DNA from: Gekko japonicus
Taxonomy: Eukaryota
Direction of reading: 5' to 3'
DNA length: 64,000 nucleotides
Assembly: GCF_001447785.1 (NCBI RefSeq)
Contig: NW_015172604.1
Span: 334,140 to 398,139 of the forward strand
Under the pieces are notes generated by a model. It searched no databases, was not told the DNA's origin, and saw nothing but the letters and a program-made list of their open reading frames with translations. The position numbers and the translations under genes are program-made. This document shows, one piece after another, positions 36,500-50,155 of this stretch (positions are counted from its first letter, which is position 1; each line of letters starts with the position of its first letter).

Positions 36500-38519
36500 A
36501 TGCCAGGTATTCAGAAAAGGTGACAGACGGGTAATTGCTGACTCGGTGACAGGTGCTTTTGTCTAGCTCTTGCAGAGCGGAATCGGTCGTGGTATGAAAC
36601 AACCCTAGGCTGTCAAAGGGTAGGTCTTCTACATAGGCTCTAGTATCCACTGGCAAATTAGTGCCTCTGAGCCAAGAATGCCTCCTGAGAGCTACTGCAG
36701 AGGCCATTTTTCTTGAAGATGCTTCAAGGACGTGCTTGGTGGTACTGAGTTGCTGCTTCGACAATACCATGCCCTCCGTCTGTATGACCCTGGCCTCTCG
36801 TAGTTTGTCATCTGGTAGGTGACTGAGTAGATTTGAGAACCGTTCCCACAGGGTATATTGGTACCGACTCATACAGGCTAGGTAGTTGGAGGCTTTAACT
36901 GCCAGCGCTCCCGTGGAATAAACTCTCCTGCCAAAGGCATCCAATTTCTTTCCTTCCTTATCTGAAGGGGCAGAATGTCACCTTTTGGACTTGGAGGATG
37001 ACGTAACAACCATAGAATTCGGTTGAGGATGGGAAAAAAGGAATTCTGCTTCCGTATCTTGAACTCTATACATGTGGTCCAGCTTTTTCGTAGAAACTGG
37101 CGCAGAAGACGGTTTCGTCGATGGCGACTTAGCTGCTTGGAGCAGAACAGAAGACATTGGTAATGCAAGTGTGGAAGAGACATCAAGTTGGACAATGTCA
37201 TAAGCAGTGTCTGATGTTGTTGCTGGACTACCGAGAGCCCCAGGGAGTGAGCCATTCTCTTTACGAGATCTGTGTAAGACGTTAGGTTATCTGAAGGTGA
37301 TATAGGTATGTCTTCAGTAACATTCTGTGTAGGGGACTCATGGTTGGGAGAGGTGTGAACCTCCGAAGGCTTGGTATCAGAATCGGCGTCGACATCCTCC
37401 GATGAGTCTTGATGTACCATTTGGTCAGATGTGTCCTGCTTAGGTGGGATGACGGGAGTCACAAGGCTTGGAACGACAGGAGGGTTGAGCGGACGATTTT
37501 GCTCCAACGAATGGTGGGGCGGATAGACAGTAGGTGATAGAGAAGCAGACGGTTTTGCTCTATGCGGCGATCTCGACCGATGGACGGACCGGACGGAGTA
37601 ACGGTCCCAATCGGAGTAATCAGCCGGCGTTAAAGGTATCGCAGCTGACGCTCATCCCATGACATCGGTGGTGGTGGGGGTAGAAAGACTCTTGGAGATC
37701 GACTTCTAGACCGTGGACGTCTGGGCGAATAAACAGCAGCTCATCCACTAGAGCGGTCTGTATAGCCATGAGCATCGGTATCAATGGTCCCAGTACGGAG
37801 ACATGGAGGGTGGCTATATTTAATAGAAGCAGTGTATTGGTGTCGAGGAAGTTCAACGTCGGGAGCTTCAGACACCGTCGATGTTGACGACTGCGAAGGT
37901 GACGGGGAATGCTCTGCACCCAGCTGGTGACTAACGAGTTCCACCGTTTCGACATCGAAGTAAGGACGGTCTGTGGGACGTACAGGGGAGTCCAACACAT
38001 GGATCGTCTGTATCGATGGGGGCGCCTCAGCCTCCGGTATCGATACTACCGTTGAAGCAGGAGGTACTATTGGGACATCACCCAGTACCGGTACCGGCTC
38101 CTTCCCCTTTTTCGTCGTCTTAAGGCCTTTGGAGGAACCCTTCTTCACGGACTTTTGGTCCATACCTGCCTTAGCCTTCTTCTTGACCGGCGTAGAGGCG
38201 GAGGATCGAATTTTTGACGTTGAGTGTTTCGATGTCAGATGGTCGATCGGACACCGGTCTCATCACCGGAGCTGTCGATGTGGATGGCCCTTCATCCATG
38301 GCTGAGGCTGGAGCGAGGGCAGACTCAAGCAAAGCTACTTTTAGTCGCGCAGCCCAGTTCTTCCACGTTTGGTTCGAGAATTGAGCACAATGCCGACAGG
38401 ACTCCGGTTTATGCGCCTCGCCCAGGCAAAAAATACAACGTTTATGTCCGTCCAGAGGAGCAAGTTTGCTTCCATGGCGACGACAGCGATTAAAAAAAAT
38501 CCCACTTCTTCTTCACCAT
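36500..38519 (-). pseudogene. DIRS ORF1 (gag-like) remnant
   Basis: N-terminal DGHKRCIFCLGEAH...C..C and C-terminal MASAVALRRHSWLR...EDLPFDS..LF, typical of vertebrate DIRS ORF1; frameshifted. Confidence 0.75.
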
Positions 38520-40962
38520 AAGAAGTGGAAGCGACTATTAGGGGGGGGGGGCAGCCTGAAGGCCTGAGGTAAATTTCTCTCAGAAAATAAAGTCCTCCTC
38601 TACTCCTTTTTTTTTTTTTTTTGAGAAAAGAACGAAAATAATAAAAAAACGAAAAGAGGATATAGTCCTAGAGCTAGAAGTTTTTTGTTAAACTGCTAAC
38701 AGAGATTCCGATCAGACGAAGAAACAATAGGTCTTTCCAACGCGGCGGTAAGAAAGGAACTGACGGGATGTCCACGCCCACCCCTCTGGGCATGCGCAGT
38801 GGGGTTCCTGCGCATGCCCAGAGGGACTGAGTGCGAAAATCCGTTAAAATAGAGCTTGCTACAGCACCAATCGATCCAGCGCATGTGCACTGAATCCCAT
38901 GGGTGTGAAGCATAGAGACCACGTTGAAGATCTGTGGTTCTGTGTGGAAGTTATGAGCCTTTGAGGCTAGGTCTATTTAAGGAACTTTAGAGAAAGAAGA
39001 ACTGTACATATCTGAAACCATTACATATATGAACTTTATTGAAACCATTACGCATCATACTTCTAAATAAACTCAATGTATGTTTAAGAAAAAAACTTTT
39101 TATAGGGAATACAAAGGATCCCCTTTTACCTCTGAGCCAGCCACACACACTGACCGTTCCACCATTCTACCAATACCTCTACAACCCATGAGGGCCATAT
39201 ACATTTTGAATTTAAAAAAAAGCAGCACATAGGAAACTAGGGGCTTTGCAGGTTGCACATGGCAGTTACATCAACAGAAAGCCACGCTCCAATGAGGAAA
39301 GGAGTGTGATCAAACTGAGATATCTTGCCAGATTTAGACATGACGTAATACAGCCAAGGAAACATGGTACTACAGGACATGGCTTGTTTCTCGCTCACCA
39401 GCTCTAAACAAAGAACTTGTACCCCAGCATTCTCTTCTCCTGGGATGGATGCTCTGGCCTCTGCCACTCGACAGAGGAAAGGAAGAGAAGGGAGATCAGT
39501 TTGCCAGTTCAAGACCTAAGAGGTGAGTTGCTGACTGGCCCTGGTATCCCGAGGCTGGTCTGGGTTATGTATTTTATCTGTATCGTAAGCAGCCTTGAGC
39601 TTCATAAGGAAGAAAGATGGCTAATAAATGTTTTAAATAGATACATAAAATAATTATGGTACAAATTCACTTACATAGAGAGGGAAAAGAACTTTGCATG
39701 CTGTGCTGTATTTTGTACCTCCACCTCCAAAGAATGCACAGAAAAGCACACAAAACACAGGTTCCTAAGCATAACAGCTTCCATTTTAAAAAAGCAAGCT
39801 TCTAGCCCTTATGGTGGCAATGCTGACGGAGATGCCCAATATTCAAAGGGCTCTGGATCAAGCCCACTAATTGAGCAATTCTTCCTACAACAAGGAAGAG
39901 ACAAGGCAACCTACAAAGCACAACTGAAAGCGCAGCTCCTGCCCCTCCCCCACCTGGCTCCTTGAGGCAAAATGTGTGTGTGTGTGCAGTGTCATCAAGT
40001 CGTTTCCCTATGAATTAATGTCCTCCAAAACGTCCTGTCATTAACAGTCATTCTCAGGTCTTGCAAACTGAGGACCCTCATGGCTTCCTCGACTGAGTCA
40101 ATCCATCCAACACTATATCTTTCTTCGTTCTGGATTGTCTCGTCATAGGGTTTTCAAGGTAAGAGTTCGTCAGAAGTGGTTTACCATGGCCGCCTTCTGC
40201 ACGGTACTAACCGGGGTTAGCTGAAGTATCCACTGCCGTTGTCTACGAAAAATCCTCTGCCAGGTCCCCTTCCACTACTGCTGCTGCCTAGTAGCTAACA
40301 CCCCTCAAGGTTTCCTCCACCTTCCTCCTTCCGTCACCATGGGAACTGTCCCTTCTCTTTGGCGGATGTGGCCGTTGATCCCCCAAGGGGGTGGGGGTGC
40401 ATCTTAGTCTGGTGTCCCAGCTGTGACCATTCTGCCTCGGATCGGCTCTGCAGGGAGTTTAGACCCCTTACAGTATTGCTCTCAGCTTCACTGACACACA
40501 CAAACTCCCTCACTGCCTTAAGGTGTGCATCCCAGAGGGGGGTGAGGCAGAATAAGTTCTAAAGAAACACTTACATTTTGCTTCGCTGGGAGAGGCTGCA
40601 GAAATCAGCTACTTAGTAACACCCAGCCCTGCTTATATGTCATGCGAGGCAGCAGTTATAAATCCAGTGACTCTAGGCCCTACCCATCCAATCACATTGC
40701 TCCTGTCCAGTGGAAAATTGCCTCAGTTTATCTGGCAGGTTGGGGGGTGGGTGGGTTTATTTTTTACCAACTGGCAACTGGGACCACAACTACCCTGTTA
40801 GCAAAATCATGACACGGCTGTCTAACCCTACAGACCTAAACAGAGTTGTGCCCTTCCAAGTCCAATAAAGTCAACGGGCTTAGGAAGGCCCTGATTCTGT
40901 TTATGACTGCACTGCAGCGACAGCACCAGGTGCCGTCATAGTGTAGTTGTATCTGCCTTCAC

Positions 40963-41035
40963 CTGTCCTTGCAGCCTGGTCTCTGGCTTCACCTTCTTTC
41001 TTGGAACGAAGCCCCTGTTGACGAGAATTGTGATT
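40963..41035 (-). CDS. SURF1: SURF1 exon 6
   Basis: [24 protein letters not shown]. Confidence 0.96.
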
Positions 41036-41415
41036 CTGTGAAGAGCAAGAGGGAGAGACAGGAAGAAATACTTCAGTTAGGACATTAAGACTCCCAACGC
41101 CTGAAGTGGATCTTTTTCCAAACAGAGGAAGATTTTTAAAAGATAAGAACAGAAACCACCAACGTCCCCTTGCCTGGATATCGGATGTCTTCATATCCAG
41201 CAACCTGCTGCTCCACCTGCACGCTTACCGTTCTGCCAAAATGATGCCAGAATGATTTCCCCCACCCACTTTCTCAGGGATCTCTCTCTGTTTATTGGAG
41301 ATGGACTGTATTCCACCCAAACTTATAGTGCAATGTATTTGCTGGACTTGAGGATGCCACACAATTCTTTGTTGTTTAGGATATATTACAAAAGTGGGGG
41401 AAAGAGGCTAACCAG

Positions 41416-41980
41416 CAATGCTCCCCATAAGCTGCGAAGTCTTGTGAGCAAAAATTCTACTTTGGGAGCTACCGGCATTAAAGTTGTGAGCGAGCACTTT
41501 GGCTACTGCATAAATTAGTTTGCTCTGGAGCCCCATCCTTCCTGAGCGAAGACAAAAATGTGTGAGCCGGAGGCTAAAAAACTGTGAACTAGCTCACACT
41601 AACTCAGCTTAGAGAGAAAACTGCTAACTAGCGATGTGTTGATAACAACTCCAAGACCGGAAGTGAAATAATGGACACTACAGAAATGGCCTGCTTGGAA
41701 GAAGGGGAAGGAAAAAATCAGTAGACTGAGATGAGGAGTCCTGTGTTAGCCAGATTTAACGTATCGCCATCGGCAATGTTCCCTCTAAGCTGTGGGGTCT
41801 TGTGAGCAAAAATTCTACTTTGTGAGCTACTGGCATTAAAATTGTGAGCAAGCAATATGGCTACTGCAGAAATTAGCTTGCTCTGGAGCCATCCTTCCTG
41901 AGCTAAGACAAAAAATGTGTGAGCCGGAGGCTGAAAATTTGTGAGCTAGCTCACACTAACTCAGCTTAGAGGGAACACCG
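41416..41980. mobile_element. Two hAT MITE family A copies (~41416-41623 and ~41774-41980)
   Basis: TIRs; near-TSDs CTAACCAG/CTAACTAG and GCCATCGG/GCCATCTT. Confidence 0.82.
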
Positions 41981-42330
41981 GCCATCTTCTCTGGAAGATG
42001 CCAAAAAATCCCCTATGAACTTAGGCAATGCCCCTGCAGTCAGTCAGGGTGCTATCGAATCCGTTTCTCATGTCCTTTTAAATTGTCCATTTTATACTAA
42101 GATTTGAGGAAAATTTCTGGACACCCTTCTTTTTACATGGCGTGGCCCTTCCTGAGAATATCAAGGTCCAGTTGCTACTCTCTGGGCAAAACGCTTCTAT
42201 AACTTTTAATGTTGCTTGTTTTCTTCAATCTGTAATTCGAACCAGGGAAACTATTAATTGATCAGTTCTTTTTTTGTTGGCTGTTTGACCTTTGATGTAT
42301 TCCTAAATTTTAATGTTATCTTATCTCTTA

Positions 42331-42684
42331 AAGGTAAAGGTAAAGGTTCCCTTGCTCGAAAGCCAGTCGAATCCGACTCTAGGGTTGCGGTGCTCATCTC
42401 TGTTTCAAAGCCGAAGAGCCAGCGCTGTCCGAAGACGTCTCCGTGGTCATGTGGCCGGCATGACTAAACACCAAGGCGCACGGAACGCTGTTACCTTCCC
42501 ACCGAAGCGGTACCTATTTATCTACTTGCAATTTCTTGCTTTCGAACTGCTAGGTTGGCAGGAGCTGGAACTAGAGACGGGAGCTCACTCCGTCATGCGG
42601 CACACTCAGTTCTCAAACTGCTGAACTACCGACCTTCCACAGCCTGCAGTTTAGCGTCTTAACCACTTGAGCCACCGCAGCTCC
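42331..42684 (-). mobile_element. Sauria-type SINE, full length
   Basis: Same family; TSD TCTTATCTCTTA. Confidence 0.88.
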
Positions 42685-43027
42685 TTCTTATCTCTTACAT
42701 GCCAATAAAAGTTGTCAGTCTGAGTCCTATGTGCCTGTCATGAGAACAGTCAGAAGCTGTCACTGGAATGCTTGGAAGCTCTTTTCATCCTTGGAACATG
42801 GCGGCCTGCTCACAGGAGTACGGGAGAAAGGCGGCAGGGGCTTTGTGGAGACTCAAGGAGACCCATTCTGGCAATACTTTTTCTGGCTGACCTCTTCTCA
42901 CTGTTCCTTTTCTGACTACTCCTCTCCCCCCTCATGTTAACATCATTTTATTGAACACTCTAAACTGGAAAAAAATATTTCATAAAACTCCCCCCCCCCC
43001 AAAAAAAAACTTGTTCTGAAAATGCCA

Positions 43028-43367
43028 TAAAGGCAAAGGTAAAGGTTCCCTTGCTCGAAAGCCAGTCGAATCCGACTCTAGGGTTGCGGTGCTCATCTCC
43101 GTTTCCAAGCCAAAGAGCCAGCGCTGTCTGAAGACGTTTCTGTGGTCATGTGGCCGGCATGACTAAACAGCAAGGCACACGGAACGCTGTTCCCTTCCCA
43201 CCAAAGCGGTCCCTATTTATCTACTTGCAATTTCTTGCTTTCGAACTGCTAGGTTGGCAGGAGCTGGAACTAGAGACGGGAGCTCACTCCATCATGCGGC
43301 ACACTCGGGTCTCGAACTGCTGAACTACTGACCTTCCACAGCCTGCAGTTCAGTGTCTTAACCACTT
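43028..43367 (-). mobile_element. Sauria-type SINE
   Basis: Same family; slightly truncated at the 5' end. Confidence 0.85.
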
Positions 43368-44110
43368 ATCAGGTCTCAAAAAAGTAAACACAAAACTACT
43401 TCCCTGCCCTTGCCCTGGCTTTGCTGTGCATCTTTGCCACTGCAGCACACGTACAGCTTCAACCTTCCATAAGGGCATCCAGCGAGGCACCCCCTCCAAA
43501 ACGTTCATAGGTTGCGCTACGTTTTTGATGTGCTGTCCTCTGAATTCTGTGACTGCTGCCAAAATCTGAGTGAAATCCTCCGAGCAGCTGAAAAGGCACT
43601 TCTGAGTATTTACCAGCATCCCAGCTGGCCACAAACATGATGCGCAACTGCGCTGCCTTCCACCTTTGCTCATGGAATCTGCCCCAGTTAAGAGGCAGAG
43701 AATGGTTGGGTGCCTCCATGGGGGAAGTGCAAATTCCTGAAGCCCAGGAGTCTTATTAGTCACAGGCACAAGAGGCAGCAACTTCAACCCAGAAGACAGA
43801 GCACTGCCAGCTCCTACAGCCAGAGGGGATCACACAGAGAAGCCCTCAAGCACTCTTGCACTGCAGTCAGAAGCAAAACCAAAGGCAGAAACTGTACAAT
43901 GGATGCTAGGCCGGCTGGCTGCTACTGGCTACTCAGGGGTCTTGACTACACTGTGAGTCACACAACACAGCCTCAGAAAGAGATACTCCAGAGTCAAACA
44001 TTACTTTCATAAGCAGAACAAGTTTTTAGTCTTCTAGTTTGTATAGCACTTGGCTCATCTATGAGACAGTAGCATTCCTTTCTAAGCCTTCTAGCTCCTA
44101 ACCAACTTAC

Positions 44111-44302
44111 CCAAGATCCGTGCAGTAAAAGGGTGTGATCACGTTCGCACCACTCTCTGGATTCGACATCAGCTGGCCGGCGGCCCTGGCCTCTTTCTTT
44201 GCATCTACCAGGGAACGTGGAAGTATGTACAACTCCTTTGTATGGTCAAAATATCCGCGGACTCTGACTGGCTTGTACTCCAACTCCTTCAACTCCAGGA
44301 GG
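44111..44302 (-). CDS. SURF1: SURF1 exon 5
   Basis: [31 protein letters not shown]...TPFYCTDL(G). Confidence 0.96.
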
Positions 44303-44860
44303 CTGCAGAAGAACGGGAAATGGTAGCGCTGGCTAAGTTGCAGCCAACAGCAAAAGCGGAGAGGCGTGATACCGTCTCAGTTTCTTTGCTAAGGCAAATA
44401 CTTCACACACAATGGATGTGATAACGACTTGTGTGGCAGAACGTGCCTGCTCTGGCCTGTGGGCCCCGTTCCACCCTTGGGGTTCCCAACACCCTGAAGG
44501 GACTTCTCCTTTACTCTCCAGTACCACCACCTGATCAACACAGGGGATTCCCACTGAAGGGATCAGGACCCTCAGCTCCCTGTTCAAGCTCAGCGGCCTC
44601 AAGCCTCGCTCCCAGCTCCTTCGGCCAGCTGCATGGTCCAAAATGGCTGCCCGCCCCCAACCTCAGGCAAGAGGTCTGTTTCGCTCAGCATCCCAACAAA
44701 AAGAGACCCACTTCCTCTTGCAAGGAAGTTTTATTAAGTTTTATTCATTTTCTGTCTCCATACCCTTGATCAGGTCACGCCAGGTCAATGAAGCATTTCT
44801 CCAGTCCATTCCTGGAGACTATATCTGGGGCTGGTCTAGCCTAAAGCCCTCCAAACTCTA

Positions 44861-45185
44861 CATAAGAACATAAGAGACGCCAATGTTGGATCAGGCCAAA
44901 GGCCCATCCAGCCCAACACTCTATATCACACAGTGGCCAGAATACCAGTGCCATCAGGAGGTCCACCAGTGGGGCCAGGACATTAGACGTCCTCCCACTG
45001 TTGACCCCCCAAGCACCAAGAAGACAGAGCATCCCTTGCCCCAGAGTCCCTATCTATACCTTGTGGCTAACAGCCACTGATGGACCTCTGCTCCATATGC
45101 TTATCTAATTCCCTTTTGAAGCCGTCCATGCTTGTAGCCGCCACCACTTCCTGTGGCAGTGAATTCCATGTGTTAATCACTCTCT
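44861..45185 (-). mobile_element. CR1-like LINE 3' end
   Basis: CATAAGAACATAAGA tail; near-identical to 2557-3075. Confidence 0.7.
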
Positions 45186-45913
45186 GTTTCCTGCCTGTGG
45201 GAGGGGGGAGGGAGAAGGGGGAAGTTTGATCATCCCATCGTCTCTAGCCAGTCCCATTAGCATTTCTTAAGAGGTGCGCCTGGAAAGCCACTGATGGACA
45301 CCCTCCCTCCCAGCCTGCAGAGAAAAAAAGATTATTTTTTTAAATGCCAAGTGGACGCTTCCTGCTTGCTGGCCTCCCTCCAGGAGAAAATGCATTTCTT
45401 CACAACTTATACCCAACAAAACCAGCTAGCTGCCTCTCATGAGACTGAAGGAAAGTGCAAATGACAAGACAAGGTGGTTGGGATCTGCAGATCCATGCCG
45501 CTCACCTACCACAGAGCTTTCTTCTAACGTAAAAAACCTTTTTCCTAAGGCAAGAGGCTCTTCCCTCCTCAGCTGCAAGGACCCTTCTTCACCTGACCTT
45601 GATGGCCCAGGATGATCTGATCTTCTCAGATCTCAGAAGCGAAGCAGGGTCGGCTCTGGTCATACCATCAAGGAAGCCCAGGGTTGCTACACAGAGGCAG
45701 GCCATGGAAAACCACCTCTGAGCATCTCTTGCCTTGGAGACCCCAAGAGGGGTCACCATGAACCAGCTGCAACTTGACAGCACTCCCTGCTGCCACCAAG
45801 GACCCTTCTTACAGGGAGGAAAGCACCACCCCTGGTAGAACTGATCTGGGATCAAACCAGGCTCTGATATATTTGCACCAATGATGCAAAGGGGAGACAA
45901 GGAAAGGTAAAAG

Positions 45914-46515
45914 GAAGAAGAAGAAGAGAAGAAGAGATTGGGTTTATACCCCGCCCTTCACTTGGAGTCTCAGAGCGGCTTACAAACCCCTTTCCCTTCC
46001 CCTCCCCACAACAGACACCCTGTGAGGTGGGTGGGGCTGAGAGAACTCGGACACAAACTGCTCTTTTTCAAGGACAGCTGTGCCAGAGCTTGTGACTGAC
46101 CCAAGGTCACATCAGCAGGTGCAAGTGGAGGAGTGGGGGAATCAAACCCGGTTCTCCCAGATTAGAGTCCGCGCACTTAACCACTACACCAAACTGGACA
46201 GAGAGGAGAAGCAGAAAAGGTACAAAGGGAACACTTGTGGCAGGGCCAGGGCCAAAGACTGCCTGGGGAAGAAACAGAGGGGGGGTGGAAGATGAAGAGT
46301 TGGCTTTCATACCCTGCTTTTCTCTGCCTCCGGGAGTCTCAAAGCGACCTACAATCGCCTTCCCTTCCTCTCCCCACAACAGTTACCTTGTGAGGGAGGT
46401 GGGGCTGAGAGAGCTCTCGAGAGAACAGCTCTGAGAGAACTGTGACTGGCCCAAGGAGTGGAAAACCAAACCTGATTCTCTAGATTAGAGTCCGCCGCTC
46501 TTCACTACTGTACCA
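45914..46515 (-). mobile_element. Two (TCT)n-tailed tRNA-derived SINE copies
   Basis: Reverse complement of the 15077 family; another copy at ~14434-14675. Confidence 0.75.
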
Positions 46516-47032
46516 TGCGTGGCTCACCACACTGGAATAATAGGAAAGGCCGCAGACTGGGAAGAAGCAAAAGAGGGGAAGCAAGAAGAGGGGAGGGAGG
46601 GAGGGAGTGGGGAAATGAAATTCTCCTCAACAGGTCCCCCACTTGATTAAAACTATTAACAGTCTCTATCTCAACAGCAGGTTCATTACTGTCCTTATCT
46701 GCACAATGCCATTAATGGACACAGCCGCATAAGAGGCCCTAATCCCACAGCACTTTCAGTCTAAAGCCCGGCAGGGATCCAATAGAGGAAGGGGAGGTCC
46801 ATAAAGGGTGAATGAGCGAAAGGAAGACCTGCGGCCTCTCTGCTGGCCCCACTCCTGTGCCACTGACAGAAGCCCAAGAGGCTGGGTGAAGCCTCTCCCC
46901 ACACTTCCTTTGTATTGACAGAAAAACTTCACCCATTCCAATTCAGGAGCACAGCCAAGGAAAGAAATCGCAACTACTTGCAGATCACAAACCCCCATTT
47001 TCAGTGGATGATGAGCCAGCTCGCAGACTTAC

Positions 47033-47115
47033 TCAAATGGCAGCGGGACTGGCTCTGCTGCAACTCGGGCCTCCAAGTCGGCAATCAGCTTCAGTTTCCA
47101 TTTCCGCCGCTGAAC
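47033..47115 (-). CDS. SURF1: SURF1 exon 4
   Basis: [27 protein letters not shown]. Confidence 0.96.
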
Positions 47116-47920
47116 CTGATAAGCACACAAGAACCTAAGAGGCCTTATGGAACAATGTGGCACGAGAAGAGTATCCCAGCCAGCTGGACCCGTGTATTTC
47201 TGGACCAGATCCAACATCACGCCTGGTAAACCATACAGGCTCACATTGACAGCAAAATGAAATTACTGTTCCCCTCTCAGAACTTAGCAAGACTAGCATC
47301 CAGGTACCTGGTGAAGGGACAGTTGACTCTCGAAAACTCGTACCCCAAAAATATTGTCTCTAAAGTGCTACTGGACTCAAATCTAGCTCACATCTACGAT
47401 TCACCAAGTAGCTTGGCAAGAAGGGACAGGAAACCCTAAATAGTAGGTGAGGAACCTGCAGCAGGAGGAAGAAATCCCAAAGCGCACAGAGCAGAATCAC
47501 GGTGGAAGAGGGGCAGCAGGCGTTCAGCGCCCCCCTCCTGTGCCACAGCCGCCCCAAGTTGTTTATCTGAACAAACATGATCTCTGCCTGCCAACGCACG
47601 GCAACAGCTTGGGAAAGCAGATGGAGGAAGATGCTGGCTTTGCAGCTGATTATAAAGGATTGCCCTGGCAAGGCTTCCGTAGAAACAGTAGCAACAAAAA
47701 AGCATCAACTGAACGCCAATTATGAGTGTTCAAAGAGCTTCAGGCAGATTAACTCGGTAATTCTAACAAAACTGATTCAGGTGGGCTGGTGTCACCATCA
47801 CCCCCAGACTCCAGGAGGGGCTCACTTTAGGCCGCACGATGAGCTTGGAAACCAGGATCCTCCTCTTAACTGCACCTGCTGTCCACTAAGCACCCCCCGA
47901 CAACCGAGCCTCAGATTCAC

Positions 47921-48048
47921 CTGCCACATGCCGAGGCACAATGTAACCACAGGGATAGTGAGGAGGCCCCATTTGAGCACTGCATCCTCTCCAGACTTGG
48001 CAGCTGCCGCAGTGGAAACTCCAGATGTGCGAGGCCTCCAGGAAGTCT
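47921..48048 (-). CDS. SURF1: SURF1 exon 3
   Basis: TSWRPRTSG...GEDAVLKWGLLTIPVVTLCLGMWQ (first TM helix); phase-1 acceptor ttcccccAG. Confidence 0.9.
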
Positions 48049-48339
48049 CTGGGGGAACAAAGCAAGATATAAAGTGCCAACTGCAGAAAAACCAAAAGAT
48101 ACCTGGCACTGGATGCAGCACACCATGGATTTTTTGTTCAATCATACAGTCGAGTCCAACTCTTCACAACCCCATGGACCACATCACGCCAGGCCCTCCT
48201 GTCTTCCATTGTGCTCCGGAGTTTGCTCAACTTCATGTTTGCATTGATAACACTGTCTAACCACCATGGATACTCAATGACTATTCAACAATAATGTACA
48301 CAACTGTGCACCCCAGAATAGGAGCATCTTTTTTTAATG

Positions 48340-48373
<34 letters not shown>

Positions 48374-48984
48374 GCTGCCTTATACTGTATCAGACCCCTG
48401 GTCCATCAAGATCAGTATTGTCTATGCAGACTGGCAGAGGCTCTCCAGGGTCTCAGGCAGAGGTCTGTCACATCATTGAAGGCCAGATACTTTAGGCATT
48501 GAGACTGGGGACTTCTGCACACAAAGGAGAGGCGAAGTACTGAGCCAAAGCCCCTCCCCACAGTGGTGGAGGCAGCCCAAAGCCAAGGAGCCCCTATGTC
48601 ATTAACACTCACCCTGCCCTACAGAAAAGGGCAGGAGTACCAACTCCTTCTCCACCTTCACACAGTCCCCAGGGAGCAGAGAAACTAGCCAGTAGGGAAA
48701 AGCCTGGGCAGTGAAGGACTGTAGCCAGTGACCTGCTGGGCTGGAAGCCTTGTAGCACCCCTCAGGCTCCTTTTATGGGACAGGTGGTATCTCAATGTCT
48801 GGGTATAAGAAGAACAGACAGTTAGAACCACCATCAGCTAAACCAGAAATAGGTCTACTTTTTCCACTCCAGTCTCTGTATGCCAGGTTCCACGCTGCCC
48901 TCTTCCTCTGCTAGGATAGGTTCCAAACAGGATCCAGCACACAAAATATCATCATAGCCTTCTCAAAAGCCTCCCACTGCTCAC

Positions 48985-49066
48985 CTTTTCGCAGCCATAT
49001 CAAGTTGGAGATAGCTTTAGAGTGGGGGCATCCAAAGAATGTCCTTCTGTCCAAGCAGTTTGGTAG
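48985..49066 (-). CDS. SURF1: SURF1 exon 2
   Basis: LPNCLDRRTFFGCPHSKAISNLIWLRK; acceptor ttttgcttttAG, donor G|GTGAGC; phase 0 to phase 1 fits both neighbours. Confidence 0.8.
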
Positions 49067-49180
49067 CTAAAAGCAAAATAGAGAAACCTCCTGTATTACC
49101 ACCCTTCATTTTAAACATAAGTTAATTCAGATCTCCTTTTAGGAAACATGAGAAACAGCTTCCCGGTGCAAAAGCTATAG

Positions 49181-49341
49181 TAAAGGTAAAGGTAAAGGTT
49201 CCCTTGCTCGAAAGCCAGTCGAATCCGACTCTAGGGTTGCGGTGCTCATCTCCATTTCAAAGCCGAAGAGCCAGCGCTGTCCGAAGACGTTTCCGTGGTC
49301 ATGTGGCCGGCATGACTAAACACCAAGGCGCACGGAACGTT
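49181..49341 (-). mobile_element. Sauria-type SINE, 3' half
   Basis: ACCTTT tail and 3' body only. Confidence 0.8.
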
Positions 49342-49642
49342 GTTGTTCTATACTGGAATCCAAATGCCACTGTCACAAAATTCACCTGGATCTCTCAGTT
49401 GCATTTTCCAACATGGCATCAAATAAGACAGATGCTTGGCTGACATGCAGAACCACAATACTAGACTATGGTGACAAAGAGGGTGGGAAGCAGGAGGTCC
49501 TGTCTTGGAAGCTGTGCCACACACTGCAAGTAAGCAAGTCCCCATGTCACATCAAGGACAGTGAGCCATGTGACAGCACCCTGGCCCAGGCCTAAATAGG
49601 GTGGACATGTAGCTACTTTCAAAAGGCCCAAACAGGGTTAGG

Positions 49643-50155
49643 TTCAGTGATTTCCTTCTATTTTTAACACAGGCAACATTTCTACAATGGTCCCGTTCAC
49701 ATGAGGGGATTTGGGCCAGTAGCGGGACGGTTCGGGGGCGGAGCAAATGGCCGCGATCACACCACAACATCTGGGAAGCGTAGTGCTTCCGTCCCCGAAC
49801 TGGCCCATCCACGCGATAAACCGCTCCAAATTGGAACCACCTACCAAGGTGGTTCATCTCAATGGTGTGCTGCAAACTGGGAGTCTGATCGCCGGCGCAT
49901 CCTTGCGCCGGCGCGTCCCCGGCTCCTAGGCGAACTGCGCATGCTCTGACATGCGCAGTTCGGCTGGCTCGCCGTCCGATCTGTGTTTTCTCCCCGGCGT
50001 CTGATCATGCCGGGGAGAAAGGCGGCGCGGCCAGGGGATCTGCGCCGTTTCAACTTTGGCGCGGCTTTTAAAAGCCACGCTTTTTGGCTGCTTTTCCTCT
50101 GCCGTGTGGCAGGGGCCAAAGTTGCCTATGTTAAAAATAGAAGAAAATCACTGAA
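49643..50155. mobile_element. MITE-like element with ~35-bp inverted termini and a CpG-rich core
   Basis: TTCAGTGATTTCCTTCTATTTTTAACACAGGCAAC ... GTTGCCTATGTTAAAAATAGAAGAAAATCACTGAA. Confidence 0.7.

Larger units (their letters stand above)
33900..38931 (-). mobile_element. DIRS1-type tyrosine-recombinase retrotransposon, near full length but degenerate, in SURF1 intron 6
   Basis: Inverted terminal repeats (~33955-34116 vs ~38755-38910); internal complementary region at 34195-34230; Cys/His gag-like start near 38300-38519; RT, RNase H and tyrosine recombinase remnants. Confidence 0.92.

Noticed and set aside
41640-41700. Isolated CCGGAAGTG motif between two MITEs, as a possible internal promoter
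   Set aside because: Single short motif with no CpG island or exon support
48049-48080. Alternative upstream acceptor (ttctgcAG at 48082-48081) for SURF1 exon 3
   Set aside because: Gives phase 2, incompatible with the phase-1 end of exon 2; the acceptor at 48050-48049 restores the frame
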